Positions 10,654 to 26,991 of a stretch of DNA of 64,000 bases are shown here, piece by piece. Where the stretch lies: positions 18,724,001 to 18,788,000 of the forward strand of contig CATNEN010000038.1 in the NCBI GenBank assembly GCA_950097015.1, written 5' to 3'. A program made the position numbers and the translations under genes. The number at the start of each line of letters is the position of its first letter. Position 1 is the stretch's first letter. This DNA is from Macrostomum hystrix. Taxonomy: Eukaryota; Animalia; Platyhelminthes. The notes below the pieces were generated by a model, which did no database searches, had not been told where the DNA came from, and saw only the letters and a list, made by a program, of their open reading frames with translations.

Positions 10654-13600
10654 ATGCTTAGCCACCGTGATTTTCTGCTTCACCCGACATCCATGCAGAG
10701 CCTCGTCTCGTCGTCCGCTGGTCCCGGTGGAGCCTCAAATCCCGGTCTAAGAATTACCGAATCGTTGCGCAACGAAGATGAAGCAGATGAAGACTCGGTT
10801 TATTGCGACCTTACCAGGCCAGCTATTACCGACACGAGCGCGTCTCAGCAGCAGCCGACCGGTTCTTCAGCCAGAAGAGAGCGTACGACAACCCCAGTGA
10901 AGCGCTGTAGCTACTTGCGCTCCGGACTATTAGCCGCTTTTGTACTAATCCTACTGGGTGTTATTGTTACATCAACCTATGCTATTGATAGGCGTCTATC
11001 TCAAATGCCACAGCTGCTCTACGGTGGATTAGGCCTATGCTGTGAGTTTATAATATCTTTATATCAGCTAGGCCTTGTAATCGTGAAAACATGCATAGTT
11101 CAGGATTATCGAACCTAATCAAGGATTTATTCGAGCATATAATCCAGATTATCCAGTCCTTTCAATTTCCTGCCTTCTAAAAATATTTCAATCAGCTAGC
11201 TGAATTCTCTTTGAATTGGCTAAAACAATCTGAATCATTTTTCTGATTAACGACGATGACTCAAAACCAATCTCCCAGGTCATCGTCAATCGAGAGGTCA
11301 AATCTAAACTAAAGCTTTATATTATAGCTTTCTAAATGTCGGTTCGTTTTTGATTGGCAAAGTCTAAATGTCATTATTGGGAAAATACAAATGCCAAATT
11401 TGCATTGCAAGCCTTTTCAATTCCCCTCACTATTTGTTCTATAGGAACTATTTGTTCCCTTTGACAAATTCTCCTCGCCAACTCTCGTCTCTTCCCATCT
11501 TCTCTTTAGCCAGCTTTATCATAATTCTCCCTCTTCCCTTTCTGTTTGTTTAGTCTCTCTCCGTTTCCTTTATGTTTCTTTTTGCCTCCTGTCTCAAGCC
11601 TGGTCATGTCTGGCACTGTCTTCCTGACATGCCTCCCTCCCTGCCTCCCACCCTGCCTCCCACCCATCCTCAGTCTCCCTGCCTCCCTCCCTGCCTCCCA
11701 CCCTGCCTCAGTCTCCCTTCCTCCCTCCCTGCCTCCCACCCATCCTCAGTCTCCCTGCGTCAGTCTCCCTGCCTCCCACCCTGCCTCAGTTTCCCGCCCT
11801 TAGTCTCCCTGCCTCCCACCATGCCTCAGTCTCCCTGCCTCCCACCCTGCCTCAGTCTCCCTTCCTCCCTCCCTGCCTCAGTCTCCCTGCCTCCCACCCT
11901 GCCTCAGTTTCCCTGCCTCAGTCTCCCTGCCTCCCACCCTGCCTCAGTCTCCCTGCCTCCCACCCTGCCTCAGTCTCCCTGCCTCAGTCTCCCTTCCTCC
12001 CTCCCTGCCTCAGTCTCCCTGCCTCAGTCTCCCTTCCTCCCTCCCTGCCTCAGTCTCCCTGCCTCAGTCTACCTGCCTCCCACCCTGCCTCAGTCTCCCT
12101 GCCTCCCACCCTGCCTCAGTCTCCCTGCCTCCCACCCTTCCTCAGTCTCCCCGCCTCCCACCCTGCCTCAGTCTCCCTTCCTCCCTCCCTGCCTCCCACC
12201 CTGCCTCAGTCTCCCTGCCTACCTTTCTGCCTCCCTCCCTGCATCGCTATACCTTCCTCAGTCTAACTGACTCACTGCCTTCTGCCCGTATTGTATCGCA
12301 AGTCGCATTATACCTTATAGCTGTATTTTTATGTTTAACGGAAAGGCTCTTGAAGATATATATTTCAGACATTAATTCTGCAACTGCAGTTTCGTGGGAC
12401 CATTTTTTTGTTTATCTGACCTGAACCCTAAAAGTTAATGGGATATTTTGCCTACGGCTTCATCCCAAATTAGGGATTTTTATCCCACAACACAATGGAA
12501 TGCCAAATTTCCATTTTTTCTTCCTTGAAAATCCTTCATTCAATTTGAAATGCTGACGTTGATTTCGGCAATGTTTCGGATTGCGTTACGCAACATGCAA
12601 ATTAGTATTTACCCGTTTCTAGTCAAATTCTGTAAATTAATTGCGAGATAGATACATTACCGCGAGTAGAACTCCAGCTTAGATGTAACATCAATTCGAT
12701 AGGCGATATCTATATAAAATAAGCCTTTGTATTAGTCAGCTGTTCCGAAACTGTAAAAGCAAGTTGCCATGTTTATTTCAGTGGCTATATTGGGATTAGA
12801 TAAACCTGAAACAGTTACTATGTCTGCCTCCAACGTACAGTATTAGCACAGCATTATCTAAACACAATGAGATATCGCATATTTACTCTAGCTTGTCAGT
12901 CTCTGAATTTTTCCCGGGTAAAAATGCGTATCTACTACCTGTTACGCAATTAGACGAATTGATAAGCCCAGCTAAATAACTTTGATTTATTACTTTTTTC
13001 TGCCTTCGTTTTTTCCGAAAACGAGTATGCGATTATTTATTTAGTTACGTGGGGAAATAATGATTAACTGATCGAATTAATGATTATATTTGCGTAAACT
13101 TTTCAGCTTTTATAGTTTAACTTTTCCGGGTTCCATTTAATTAAATTATCCCATATTTTCGTAAGCTTACCAGTCTTTTGCGATAGAACAAAGACAGACT
13201 CTTTTACGTACCGGGGTTTTTGTGACTTTTAAAAAGGCCTTACGGGTTGTGGGCTGTGTTTTGGTTTAATCAATAGACCATATGTCATTTAAAATGCTCG
13301 TAGAAAAAACTGTACGCTCTCACACACCAAGTCCTCTTTGTTTTTAGCAATTTCAATGGTTGAGTGGATTCGAGGGTTGAAGGATGATGGAAGGGTTTTT
13401 AAACGACGCTAATGTTTTGAAGAGAGAATTTTTCTGCCCTTATCTGGGAAGTAGGATTTCGTTTCGACAGTTTATCCTCTTTGAGGGGCGCCTCCAACTG
13501 AGAGTGGGTCTGTCTATATTTTAATTTTTCCCCTTCTGTGATGCAAAAAACGTAATTTTGTTCGCGGGTTACTTTTCAATGAATGTACTTTGTTGCCATA

Positions 13601-16244
13601 GTTCAAAGACTAATTTAAGTACCTTTTACGCAACCTTAGCAGAGGTACCTTAAGCAGAGGTTGTAGCCTAGTGGTTAGGGCGTCGGACTCACGACTTGAA
13701 GGTCGGGGGTTCGATTCCCGACTCCACTGGAACAATTTGCGTCCTTTAGCAAGACACTTAACTCTGCATTGCTTCAGTTCACCCAGCTGTTATGGGTACC
13801 AGCATCAGCTGGGATAATTGAAGGTGAGTGTGGCGTCCCCCCAGTCCGTGGACTGTACAGCTGTACGCAGCCTTCAGATGCGCCGCGCATTAGCTGCGGC
13901 TGTGCTGTCGGCTGCACATCTGACCCAATTGGGGCAGGTGTAATCAATTATTATTATTATTATTAAGTACTCGTACCTTTAAGAGCGTTCCTAACTACTA
14001 GCTAGCTTATCCTAGCTAATAATCCCATGAGTTTTCAACATCAAGTCTTAGAATTGTAGCATCATTTCGTCATAAAAGAACAAAATTCAATTTGGGGATT
14101 AGGAATTTCACAACGATAATCAATCACAATCACAATGGTAATTACAATCCCATTGTTAGGGAATGAGAGATTTTGGAAGTAAGTGCGATCCGATAGTTAG
14201 GGAATGTGATACTTGTCGGAATCGCAATTTCAATTGTTTGGAAACTGAGAGCTGGGTCCGCATCCGCAAGCTTAAATTGCGAATGAGTAATCCTTATTAC
14301 CTGTCCAGACAGGCTTTGATGTTCCGTATAAAAAGTAAAACGACACTGTTTGAACCTTGGCCAGAGTGCCTAGGTTCAAACTTAGAATTGAATTATTAGA
14401 AATAAATAAAGCTTCTAATACCGCCTGCAATAGCTAAGGATTTGATAGTAATCTGCGGAACATGCCCTGGCCTGTTTAAAGGACGGTACAGCTGCCAGCA
14501 CCCCCAAACGCTTCGCAGTTCCCAAGCTTGCTGCCTGATGTTGGCTTTGCACTGCTGAGATTGCCAGCCCCGGAGACTTGAGATTTTCAATGAGTTGTCA
14601 AACTACGCAACTCGTATGCATGAGTTACGCATGAGTTAGTCACCTTTACTTTGGCCTTCTTAACAGCCTCGTGACCGCCATTTATGGTTATTATATAGCT
14701 AAGCTAGCCTTTGTGTACAGAACTCGGAACTAAAGGCATTAAACGTCCTACTATGAAGAGTTATTTTTATAGCTAAATTATTTTTTTCTTACCGGAAAAA
14801 GTGCGTCTTCAGCTAACTAATTCATGTCTTGTTATCGAATAACTACTCGCTATTTTTACTGTCTTTATGAGCATGATTGCATATCAGATTTTTAAAAACG
14901 CAGATCACAGATTCTTAGTCTAAATCCCCAAACCCCCTGGATCGCAATCCCTGATCTTTATATCAAAATCTAAATTTCCATATCCCCTAGATTATTATCC
15001 TAGATCCCTGTTCTAAATTCCCAGATTCCCTATATCACTAGCCCAGATCCCCTAGATCATTAGCCCAGATCCCTAGATCATTATCCCAGATCCCTAGATC
15101 ATTATCCCAGATCCTCATTCTAAATCCCCAAATCCTCTAGGTCATCATCCAGAATCCTTTTTCTATCCTCCAAGAACCGCTAATCGTCCTGGACTCTAAC
15201 GAATCCTCTATCTAATCCTCAGAACCCTGCATTATTATCCCGTCGCATTCCATTCCGCAGCTATTGGCTTCTGCCTAATTGTTGTCTGCATTAGCCTGCT
15301 AGTAGCCAGACAGCTAGCCAAGCATCAGCAGCGCCAGCGCCAGAGGCAGCGTCGTCAAAGCCGACACTCGCAGCGCCAGCAGACCACCGGACTGGCGGGA
15401 GCTCGCGGTCAGCGCGGCGGCGGAGGCGGCGTCCCAATCTGGTACATCGGCTGCCACAGAGGTGAGTCAGATTTCTTTCTGCCTCTGAACAGACCTCTGA
15501 AATGACCGATTTTCGTGAAATTCCTCCGTACGGATCAAAATATTCCGCCCTTTACAGTCTATACATTCGTCGAAAAACGAGTATTCAGCGATACCTGCAG
15601 TAACAAGGACAACAAGAATTACAATGTATATCGTCATTGGCGAATCCCAATTGGTTCAATAATATGAAAATTAACAACACAAAAAATTATAATAGCCGTC
15701 ATGGTCACATCTCTTTGAGATATCTCCGTGGTGTTTCTACGGTTAAATAAACTGGTTTCAACCTGTTTTCTGTTCTTATCCTCTGTAATCTTCTTCATCA
15801 ACTATCGAAATCATTTCAGACACGGCCACCGCCTACTGCCCACCGGTGCCGCCCAGTTACTGGGAATCAACTTCAACTTCGGCGCAACCTAGCAACAATA
15901 GTGCTAGTCCTAAGCTACCCCAACAGCACCGACGAACGCCACCGCCGGCTCCGCCACCACCGCCGCCGCTTCCACCATCGCGACTTCAACGCCAGCCGGT
16001 CGCTCCGCCATCGTATCAGGAGGCACTGCGCTGTCTGGAGCACCGAGCAGAACCCAATAATCAGATTTCGGTGCTCAGATGGACTGTCCAATCACAGCAG
16101 CAGCACCGGCTTCATCATCATAGACTGCTAATGCAGCAGCAGCAGCCACAGCAGCTGTACACGTATCGCAGCTTTGAAAATTCTTCAAATTCAATTAGAC
16201 GCTCCGATTCTTCATCGTTTATTGGCGAACCGATTTTAGTTTGA
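10654..16244 (+). CDS. Three-exon two-transmembrane protein with C-terminal PPxY motifs, 337 aa, unknown family
   Basis: Exons 10654-11041, 15261-15461, 15820-16244 (1014 nt). Donors GTGAGT, acceptors CCGCAG and TTTCAG, both introns phase 1. TM1 LLAAFVLILLGVIVTSTYAI; TM2 LLYGGLGLCSIGFCLIVVCISLLVA spans the first junction; PPSYW and PPSYQ; AATAAA near 16457 and 16530. Confidence 0.8.
11630..12240. repeat. C-rich intronic minisatellite (CCTCAGTCTCCCTGCCTCCCACCCTG)
   Basis: Visible tandem array in intron 1 of the two-TM gene. Confidence 0.9.
13654..13965 (+). mobile_element. tRNA-derived SINE with CORE-like central domain and (ATT)n tail
   Basis: A box TAGCCTAGTGG, B box GGTTCGATTCC, then gtcctttagcaagacacttaac...cagctgttatgggtacc (resembles the CORE-SINE domain) and an ATT tail. 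The 3' half recurs at 42956-43078. Confidence 0.85.
14920..15140. repeat. Degenerate intronic tandem repeat (ATCCCAGATCCCTAGATCATT)
   Basis: Imperfect tandem copies. Confidence 0.65.
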
Positions 16245-16972
16245 GATTGAGACAATCGTTACTTTTAAAAATGCATCTATGTTCGTCCTTGAATACAATT
16301 ATTTTTATTTTTAGCTTCCAATATGTTCGCTAGTTTTTGTTCTTGTTTGTTGTTCTACGTTCAGTTCATATAGTTTTTGTACATCAGTTGCAAAATTCTA
16401 ATTCAATAATTGTGTTTTGCTTGTAAAAAACTTCTGAAGACAGGTGCTCGAGCCAAATAAAATACGCAGCTATTTTGAATTTTTGATGTACATAATAATT
16501 TCCACATCGTAGAAACCTACGTTTCTGTAAATAAAATGCTTTTAGTCAAAAAATTACTAGTATTTAAAGTACTCGTTCAAATACTTAAATAAACAGGCCA
16601 TTAAAATTTCAACGTTTAGACTTGTTTTGTATTTTGAACGTCATTTACTTAAAAAAGCTTTCATTACATGCAAAAAAGTAAATATTTTTCAAGTACGTAT
16701 ATATATAAAAGCCATGCGTAAACGTGGAGCATTGCGACATCGTTAAGGAAAAGCCTAAGCACACAACGATATTAAATGCAAAAATTAAACTAAACAATGG
16801 GTTTCTTAGAACTGCTTGATGACACTTTAATTAACATTTAACTTAGCACCATAGAGTAATTACAGACAAATGCCCCCAACACATCCTACTAATAGTAAGT
16901 AGCGCAGGGTGTAAAGCAGAAAACAGAGAGATAAAAATAAAAGACGCCTGTAATAGAAAAAGTGGAGGGAGT

Positions 16973-21084
<4,112 letters not shown>

Positions 21085-22631
21085 CTAGGGATCTGTAAAT
21101 GCAAAGCAGGCAGGTGGGGGAAAACTCGCTATTTAAAAGGCCTTCCCTCACCAATGGAGCTAAGGAGTGGGGATGGTGTAGAATAAAGGGAGAAAAGTTT
21201 CCTTAAGCGAAGGAATGGGGGTTGGGATAATGTTAAAATGTACATCTAGTTGCTTCAACACAATACATGATTCTCAAGCCTTTTTACTCACCCCATGTGT
21301 GCTCAGACTCAAATGCCGAGCTTGGCCTAAACTAACAAACCCCTCCGATTTCGATGTACAGCTAGAGCCGCCATTTTAATTACTGTACATGCCTGGGGCG
21401 GACTGCTCACAAAGACCACGAGTGTAGTGAGTAAGACTTGTCACATCTTTCGAAGAGATAGCCTTCGATTCGAATTGCGTAATCACTGCGTGTGTAAGCT
21501 TCAAAGGCTCCTTTGCCCATTCGGCTTTTCCGAATGCAAAGGATTGTGTTAATACATAGCTATCGTTTTTTCTATTCTTTCCCCAAACGAGCACTGATTA
21601 AACTCCTCATTCCCAACCTAACCTTCGCTAGGCTATTTTAAAGAAACAAACAACTCAATTCTATGTTTAGAACAGGTGAAGTAACGGCAACCAGATGCTC
21701 AGCTCCTTGACAAACTCACATATCTGGCCCCTTTTAGAACCCAGTCTCACCTGTCTCAAATACTTTGTATCACTGATGCTGTCTTTGCTTTGTGTCTAAT
21801 ATTATCCCTGCACTGTCTCATATCTCTTGTCTCATCTCACCCATGTCTCTTTTTTAATTTTTCTTTTTTTAATCCCACTCGCCGTCTCTTCTCTCCCATG
21901 TGTGACTGCATATGATGAATAAACGACTACAAAAAGTAATAAGAGTAATTTATTATTTAAAATTGCTAAACACTCAACAATCGTAATTTATAATTATATT
22001 ATAAACTGTATATTAACTATGATTCATAATGTGAGTGTAAACAGATGGTAAGCCACTGTATAAAATAAACTTTTCAAATGGGGAAAATATCCAACCTTTG
22101 AGTGAAGCCTAAGAGCCAGAGTGACTAATTGCAAATTGGTAAAAATAATTTAGAGACTGCATGTGCCAAGTGAGATGCTACAATATGTGTGAATAACCAC
22201 ATAGTTAAGACATGAAACAGAAACAGAAATTCAAGCAACACTGACATTAAGGAAATAAGTATTTTGTGCAAAGAGATAAATATTACCAAGCAGATAATGA
22301 TAATTTGATAGACTTTGTTACAATAAATCACTGTTGTCTTTTTTCTAAAATTATAAGTGCACCATAATCTAACCAAGTTTTGGTAAGACCTAGCAAATCC
22401 ACAAAGAAAGAAATATATATAATAGTGAATAAATAGTTAATAAGTAAGCTTGCAACTCTCAAGACTTTAAATTCAAAAACATAAAAACAAGTGCCATAGA
22501 GATTAAGGGGACTTCACTAGTCCAAAAAAGTAATATCTATTATTGTACCATTGAAATCTGAATTTTCTGTTAAAAAGCAACGTGTGACACCATTTGATAT
22601 ATTATGCTAAATGGGAAAATACAAAGGCATA

Positions 22632-22865
22632 CATGCGCAACCTCCCAAATCTTAGCCGGCCGTGCGACTTAGTTTTTGCTCTATTTACAACTTAGTTTGC
22701 TCTCATTTGCTCTCATTTTCTCTCCCCTTTTTCCTTTTCTTCACGCCTTCCTTTTTTGTCCCTTGGTCCCCCCTTTGATTTTTTTGCGCTTGGTCAATTG
22801 GTTTTTGCGACTTACCTTGCTTGGCCCTCGTTTCACCCGGCCAGTTCGGCTGGGTGTTGCGCATG
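22632..22865 (+). mobile_element. 234-bp MITE-like element with 10-bp TIRs CATGCGCAAC/GTTGCGCATG
   Basis: Perfect terminal inverted repeat. An inverted copy lies at 24109-24330 and a third 5' fragment at 24344-24393; each start is preceded by TA. Confidence 0.7.
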
Positions 22866-24108
22866 ATGTTGGCCACAGTTCTACAGTAACTCTGATGCAT
22901 TTCTCCTAGCTTCAAAAGAAGCCCAAGCAGGCTATAGAGCTTAATTATGTTTGTGTCTAGCATTTTTTTGTCTCCAAGGGAGGCTAAGGTGCAACCTAGT
23001 GAATTTGTAGGCCTAAAATACACCCTGTTTGGCTACTTACAAACTTTACTTATTTGCAGGGGGGCCAGGAGCACTTGACACACAAACATAGGAATGGAAT
23101 GCCCCCAGGCCAACAAACTAGGTAGGAGTCGCTTATCACACTAACTGGACCCCTGGACTCAGACACCTTGCACAGTAGCAACCCAAGCAAGGAAGGGGGC
23201 AGAAGTTGGAGTGCCTCTCACCATAAGCCAACACACACGTAGAGCAGACCAAACCAGGGGAGGACTTAGATGCCTGAAAGGAAGGGATGGGAGTACACAT
23301 TAGTGCACACCTGCCCTACCTACAAGACAATGCCTCATACCCAGCCCAAGGCACAAACACAAACTCAAACTTAGCTTTGGTTGCACAGAATAAGGTGCAT
23401 CTCCTTAAGTCACTACTTTGCCAACCTCCAACCAAGCCCCAAAATAATTGTGACTTAGAGGGAGGAATGAACCAGTGACCATTGGAAAGTGAGGCAGCAA
23501 CATTAACCACTGACCTAATAAGCACCCCTAATTGGCAAGGACACCAACCAAAGCAATAAACACTTATGCAAATGCCAGTATGCTTCTAGAGGCCAATATG
23601 CCAGCCCCCAATAGCATTACTAGTCCAGTTAATTTGTTGGTAGGCTGAGAGTGTCTTAACAAGCAGAACAAGTTGTGATAACCATGTTTGGTCAATGAAG
23701 TTACAAAGATCTGCTAGCTACTATGTGGTAGCCTGTAGCCTGATCAGCTCAAAGGCTCCCTCTATCTCCATAGGAAGCATATAAGATTGCCATTAGGTAA
23801 CAGCATAAAGTCTACACTTGACAATTGATTTTATTTTCATTTAATTAAATATAGACTTATTTAATGAACCAATTGCAGTTAAGAGCTGCAGCAACTTGTG
23901 ACCATCCTTGTAGCTCATTTTAAAATAGCAAATTATTTCTTACACAGCCAATAATTTTAAACAAAGATAATAAAATGATTAAATTTCTTTTGTATCATAA
24001 TAGATACAGTTTAACTCCTGGTTTGATCATTTGATTATTGATATCCTAATTGAACTTTTGCCTAATATGCCTAGCAGAACCTAATAATACTCTATGCCCA
24101 TTTCGATA

Positions 24109-24393
24109 CATGCGCAACACCCGGCCAACCCAGCCAAATCGGCTGGGTGAAATGAGTGCCAAGCAAGGTAAGTTGCAAAAACCAATTGACCAAGCGCAAA
24201 AAAATCAAAGGGTGGACCAAGGGACAAAAAAGGAAGGCGTGAATAAAAGGAAAAAGGGGAGAGTAAAAGAGAGCAAATAAGAGCAAACTAAGTCATAAAT
24301 AGAGCAATGAAACGAACTAAGTCGCAAAGGAGAGCAAACCATACATGCACAACCTCCCAAATCTTAGCCGGCCTTGCGACTTAGTTTTTGCTC
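24109..24393 (-). mobile_element. Inverted copy plus adjacent forward fragment of the 22632-22865 MITE
   Basis: Reverse-complement similarity along ~220 bp, also visible as the near-identical spurious ORFs 22703-23023(-) and 24050-24280(+). Confidence 0.7.
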
Positions 24394-25243
24394 AACACTG
24401 ACCAACAAATAGCACTGATTCTTACATTTTTTTAATTCTGGTCCACTTGGGTATTAGAAAATGTATAGGATTTGTGTTAGATAGGCTAATAAAATGAGTC
24501 CTTCCAAGATGTGCAAAATGACTTTCAGTCCCACCTAGAATGAGAACCTGCTGAACAAGTAATTAATTTGTGATCTAAAATTGCCACCTTCATGTGGCAC
24601 AGTAAACTGTGAGCACTATAGCCTTTGTCTTTTCTAGGGAAAGGACAAAGGCTAGGGAATGTCTATGGCTAGGGCTCTATAGCTTATGGCTAACAGGCTA
24701 TATTGCCTATATAGGCATCAGCAATGAGCAAACAGCATATCAGGAAATAGAAAAAATAGTGACTAGTTAGGCAGACAGTTATATCGCTCGTTTAGTAAAC
24801 TTAAATATATTTATTTGACAAGGCAAGTCTTTTGCTAAATGCTAGCTGAAAAGCTAAAAACAAAATCATGTATACAACACTTTTAAGTTTGAGTCAAATC
24901 GAGTAGAATCAATTAATTCAAGTAATACACTCTATTTACTATCAAAAGTATTGTTTTTTTAATTATGGTTTACACTACATTGATAGTCGGCCAGATTACT
25001 ACTGCATAAAAGTGCAGCATGCCCATGCATGCATTTCCCAAAGTTTAAGAAAAATGAACATGAGCTGACAGTTTAAAAAAGTACACAAATATGAGTAAAC
25101 AACCGGTTAGAAAAACGTATGACTTTAAGATAGTTAGCGTTTGCATAACAAGGCAAACTCGGTACTTTAATTTTGATTTTAGCAGCAGAGCTCAGCTAAT
25201 TTGTTATACCTATTTGACACCGATAATTTCCATAAATAAAGCG

Positions 25244-25418
25244 CAGTGGCGTAGCGAGGGTCGTATCGGTGTATCGGCCGATACCCCCAAAATTTGATGT
25301 CTCAAATTTTTTCGTAGTCAGTTTCTTCGAAAGAACTGAGTTATTTGTTTTTTATTCTGCATACGCTGGATAGAACCAAAACCGCGATATCCCCAAAAAA
25401 ATCCTGGCTATGCCCCTG
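25244..25418. mobile_element. Non-autonomous hAT-type MITE (175 bp)
   Basis: TIRs CAGTGGCGTAGC / GCTATGCCCCTG; flanks ATAAAGCG (25236-25243) and ATATAGCG (25419-25426) form a 7/8 match to an 8-bp TSD. Confidence 0.8.
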
Positions 25419-26991
25419 ATATAGCGGTGAGTAAAATATCGGTGACTGGCCTTTTCGTCAAAAGTATTTCGTCGAAACTCTTTTCGGGAAAAAGAATTAT
25501 ATATTTTTTATAGTTATTACCAGTGAGCCACCAAGGATTAAATGCTGGTGTGTTAGCTATGTTTGTTAGTTTACTAATTACTACTACTGATCAATTTTTT
25601 TCAGTACCACATGCATAGATACTATATTTACTAGATTCGGTACTTAAATACATTTTAGTTGTAGTTTTTTATGCCCCTTTAGTAGAAATATAAATATATT
25701 TCAACGTATTTTTTTCTCTGCATGTATTCTTTATCTAGCGTCGAAGTAATATTTGCAATATGTCCGCGAGTACGGAATATTTGGCACGCAATATGGAAAT
25801 AAGCAAAATGGCGCCCGCGTCACCGGCGAACCTTGACTTTGTGGTTCAGCGGGACGCGCTTCCGGCGGACTTCCTAATTCTTCCTAATTACTAATTGCAT
25901 CAAAATATTATAATAGGTAAGGTACGTAACAGCGATTATGGATATATAGCAGTATGATGTTTTTGAATGTGCTTATGCCACTAACACAAAACACCCCAGG
26001 CAAATAATAAAGTTCGGAAGATTTAAAGTCTCGTTTTTACAATGTGGTACGAGTCTTACAGCGTTTGCAAGTATATAAGTTTCAAATTGTCAATTTAAAA
26101 TCATCATGCGCATAGAATCATCTTGACACATAATGATATTGTTAGCAGTTAGCAAATTACACACGAAGAATTCGTGTCGCATACAGTCAAAATTGTAATG
26201 GTTCTTTGAAAGTTACACAGCAATAATATTAAGCTAGGGACAATAATGTTGCCGATGAAACAGACAAACAAAAACAAAACCACAACAATAAACAATAAAC
26301 TATAAAATGCTAACACAACAACAAAATGGAACAGGCATTGTATCTCATATGTGCGCATCTGCATAGATATTGTTGTCAGATTAGATATTGTTATTCAGAT
26401 TTGATATAGCTTTCCGTGAATTAAGGTTAAATCGATTAAAGAGAAAATTGGGCAATGCGATATAATATTAAACAGAATCGTAATGCACTTTGTTTGAGTA
26501 AACATTTTCTTTATTGTGGCGCGAAAAGAGGACTTTCTTTTGATCTATTAATCTTTAACCCATGTTGCATTGTGGTTGAGATCAAAGACACTGATTAAAT
26601 GAATGACTATAATTATTTAAAATTTAGTTAACTAAATTTTCAAGTTTCAGGACAGAAAGACAAGAGGCGAGCATAATTAAAGTATAGGGATCGATATATA
26701 GCAGTTTTTTCTGCTTGCAAAAAATAAGTATAAATCAGTGAGGATAAATCAAATTAAGCATGGGATAAATTATTGCAATAGCATGCTAGACTCGACATAG
26801 GAAACAGGGGAAGGGTGCAAGACACGTTTTTTTGAAAAGACTAGACATTCGCTATTTATGGAAAACCTAGAAATTGCAGCGTTTGTCGAATAAAAAAGTC
26901 CAATTCACAATTATTTTTACAACTCATTGATCTAGTGATCGGGGTATATGGGTGCGGGATATCGGGATCGGGATATAAGTTTCATCAGAAC

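Noticed and set aside
13656-13730. tRNA gene (apparent CAC anticodon)
   Set aside because: Poor anticodon and acceptor stems, and it continues into a repeated body with an ATT tail, so it is a SINE head.
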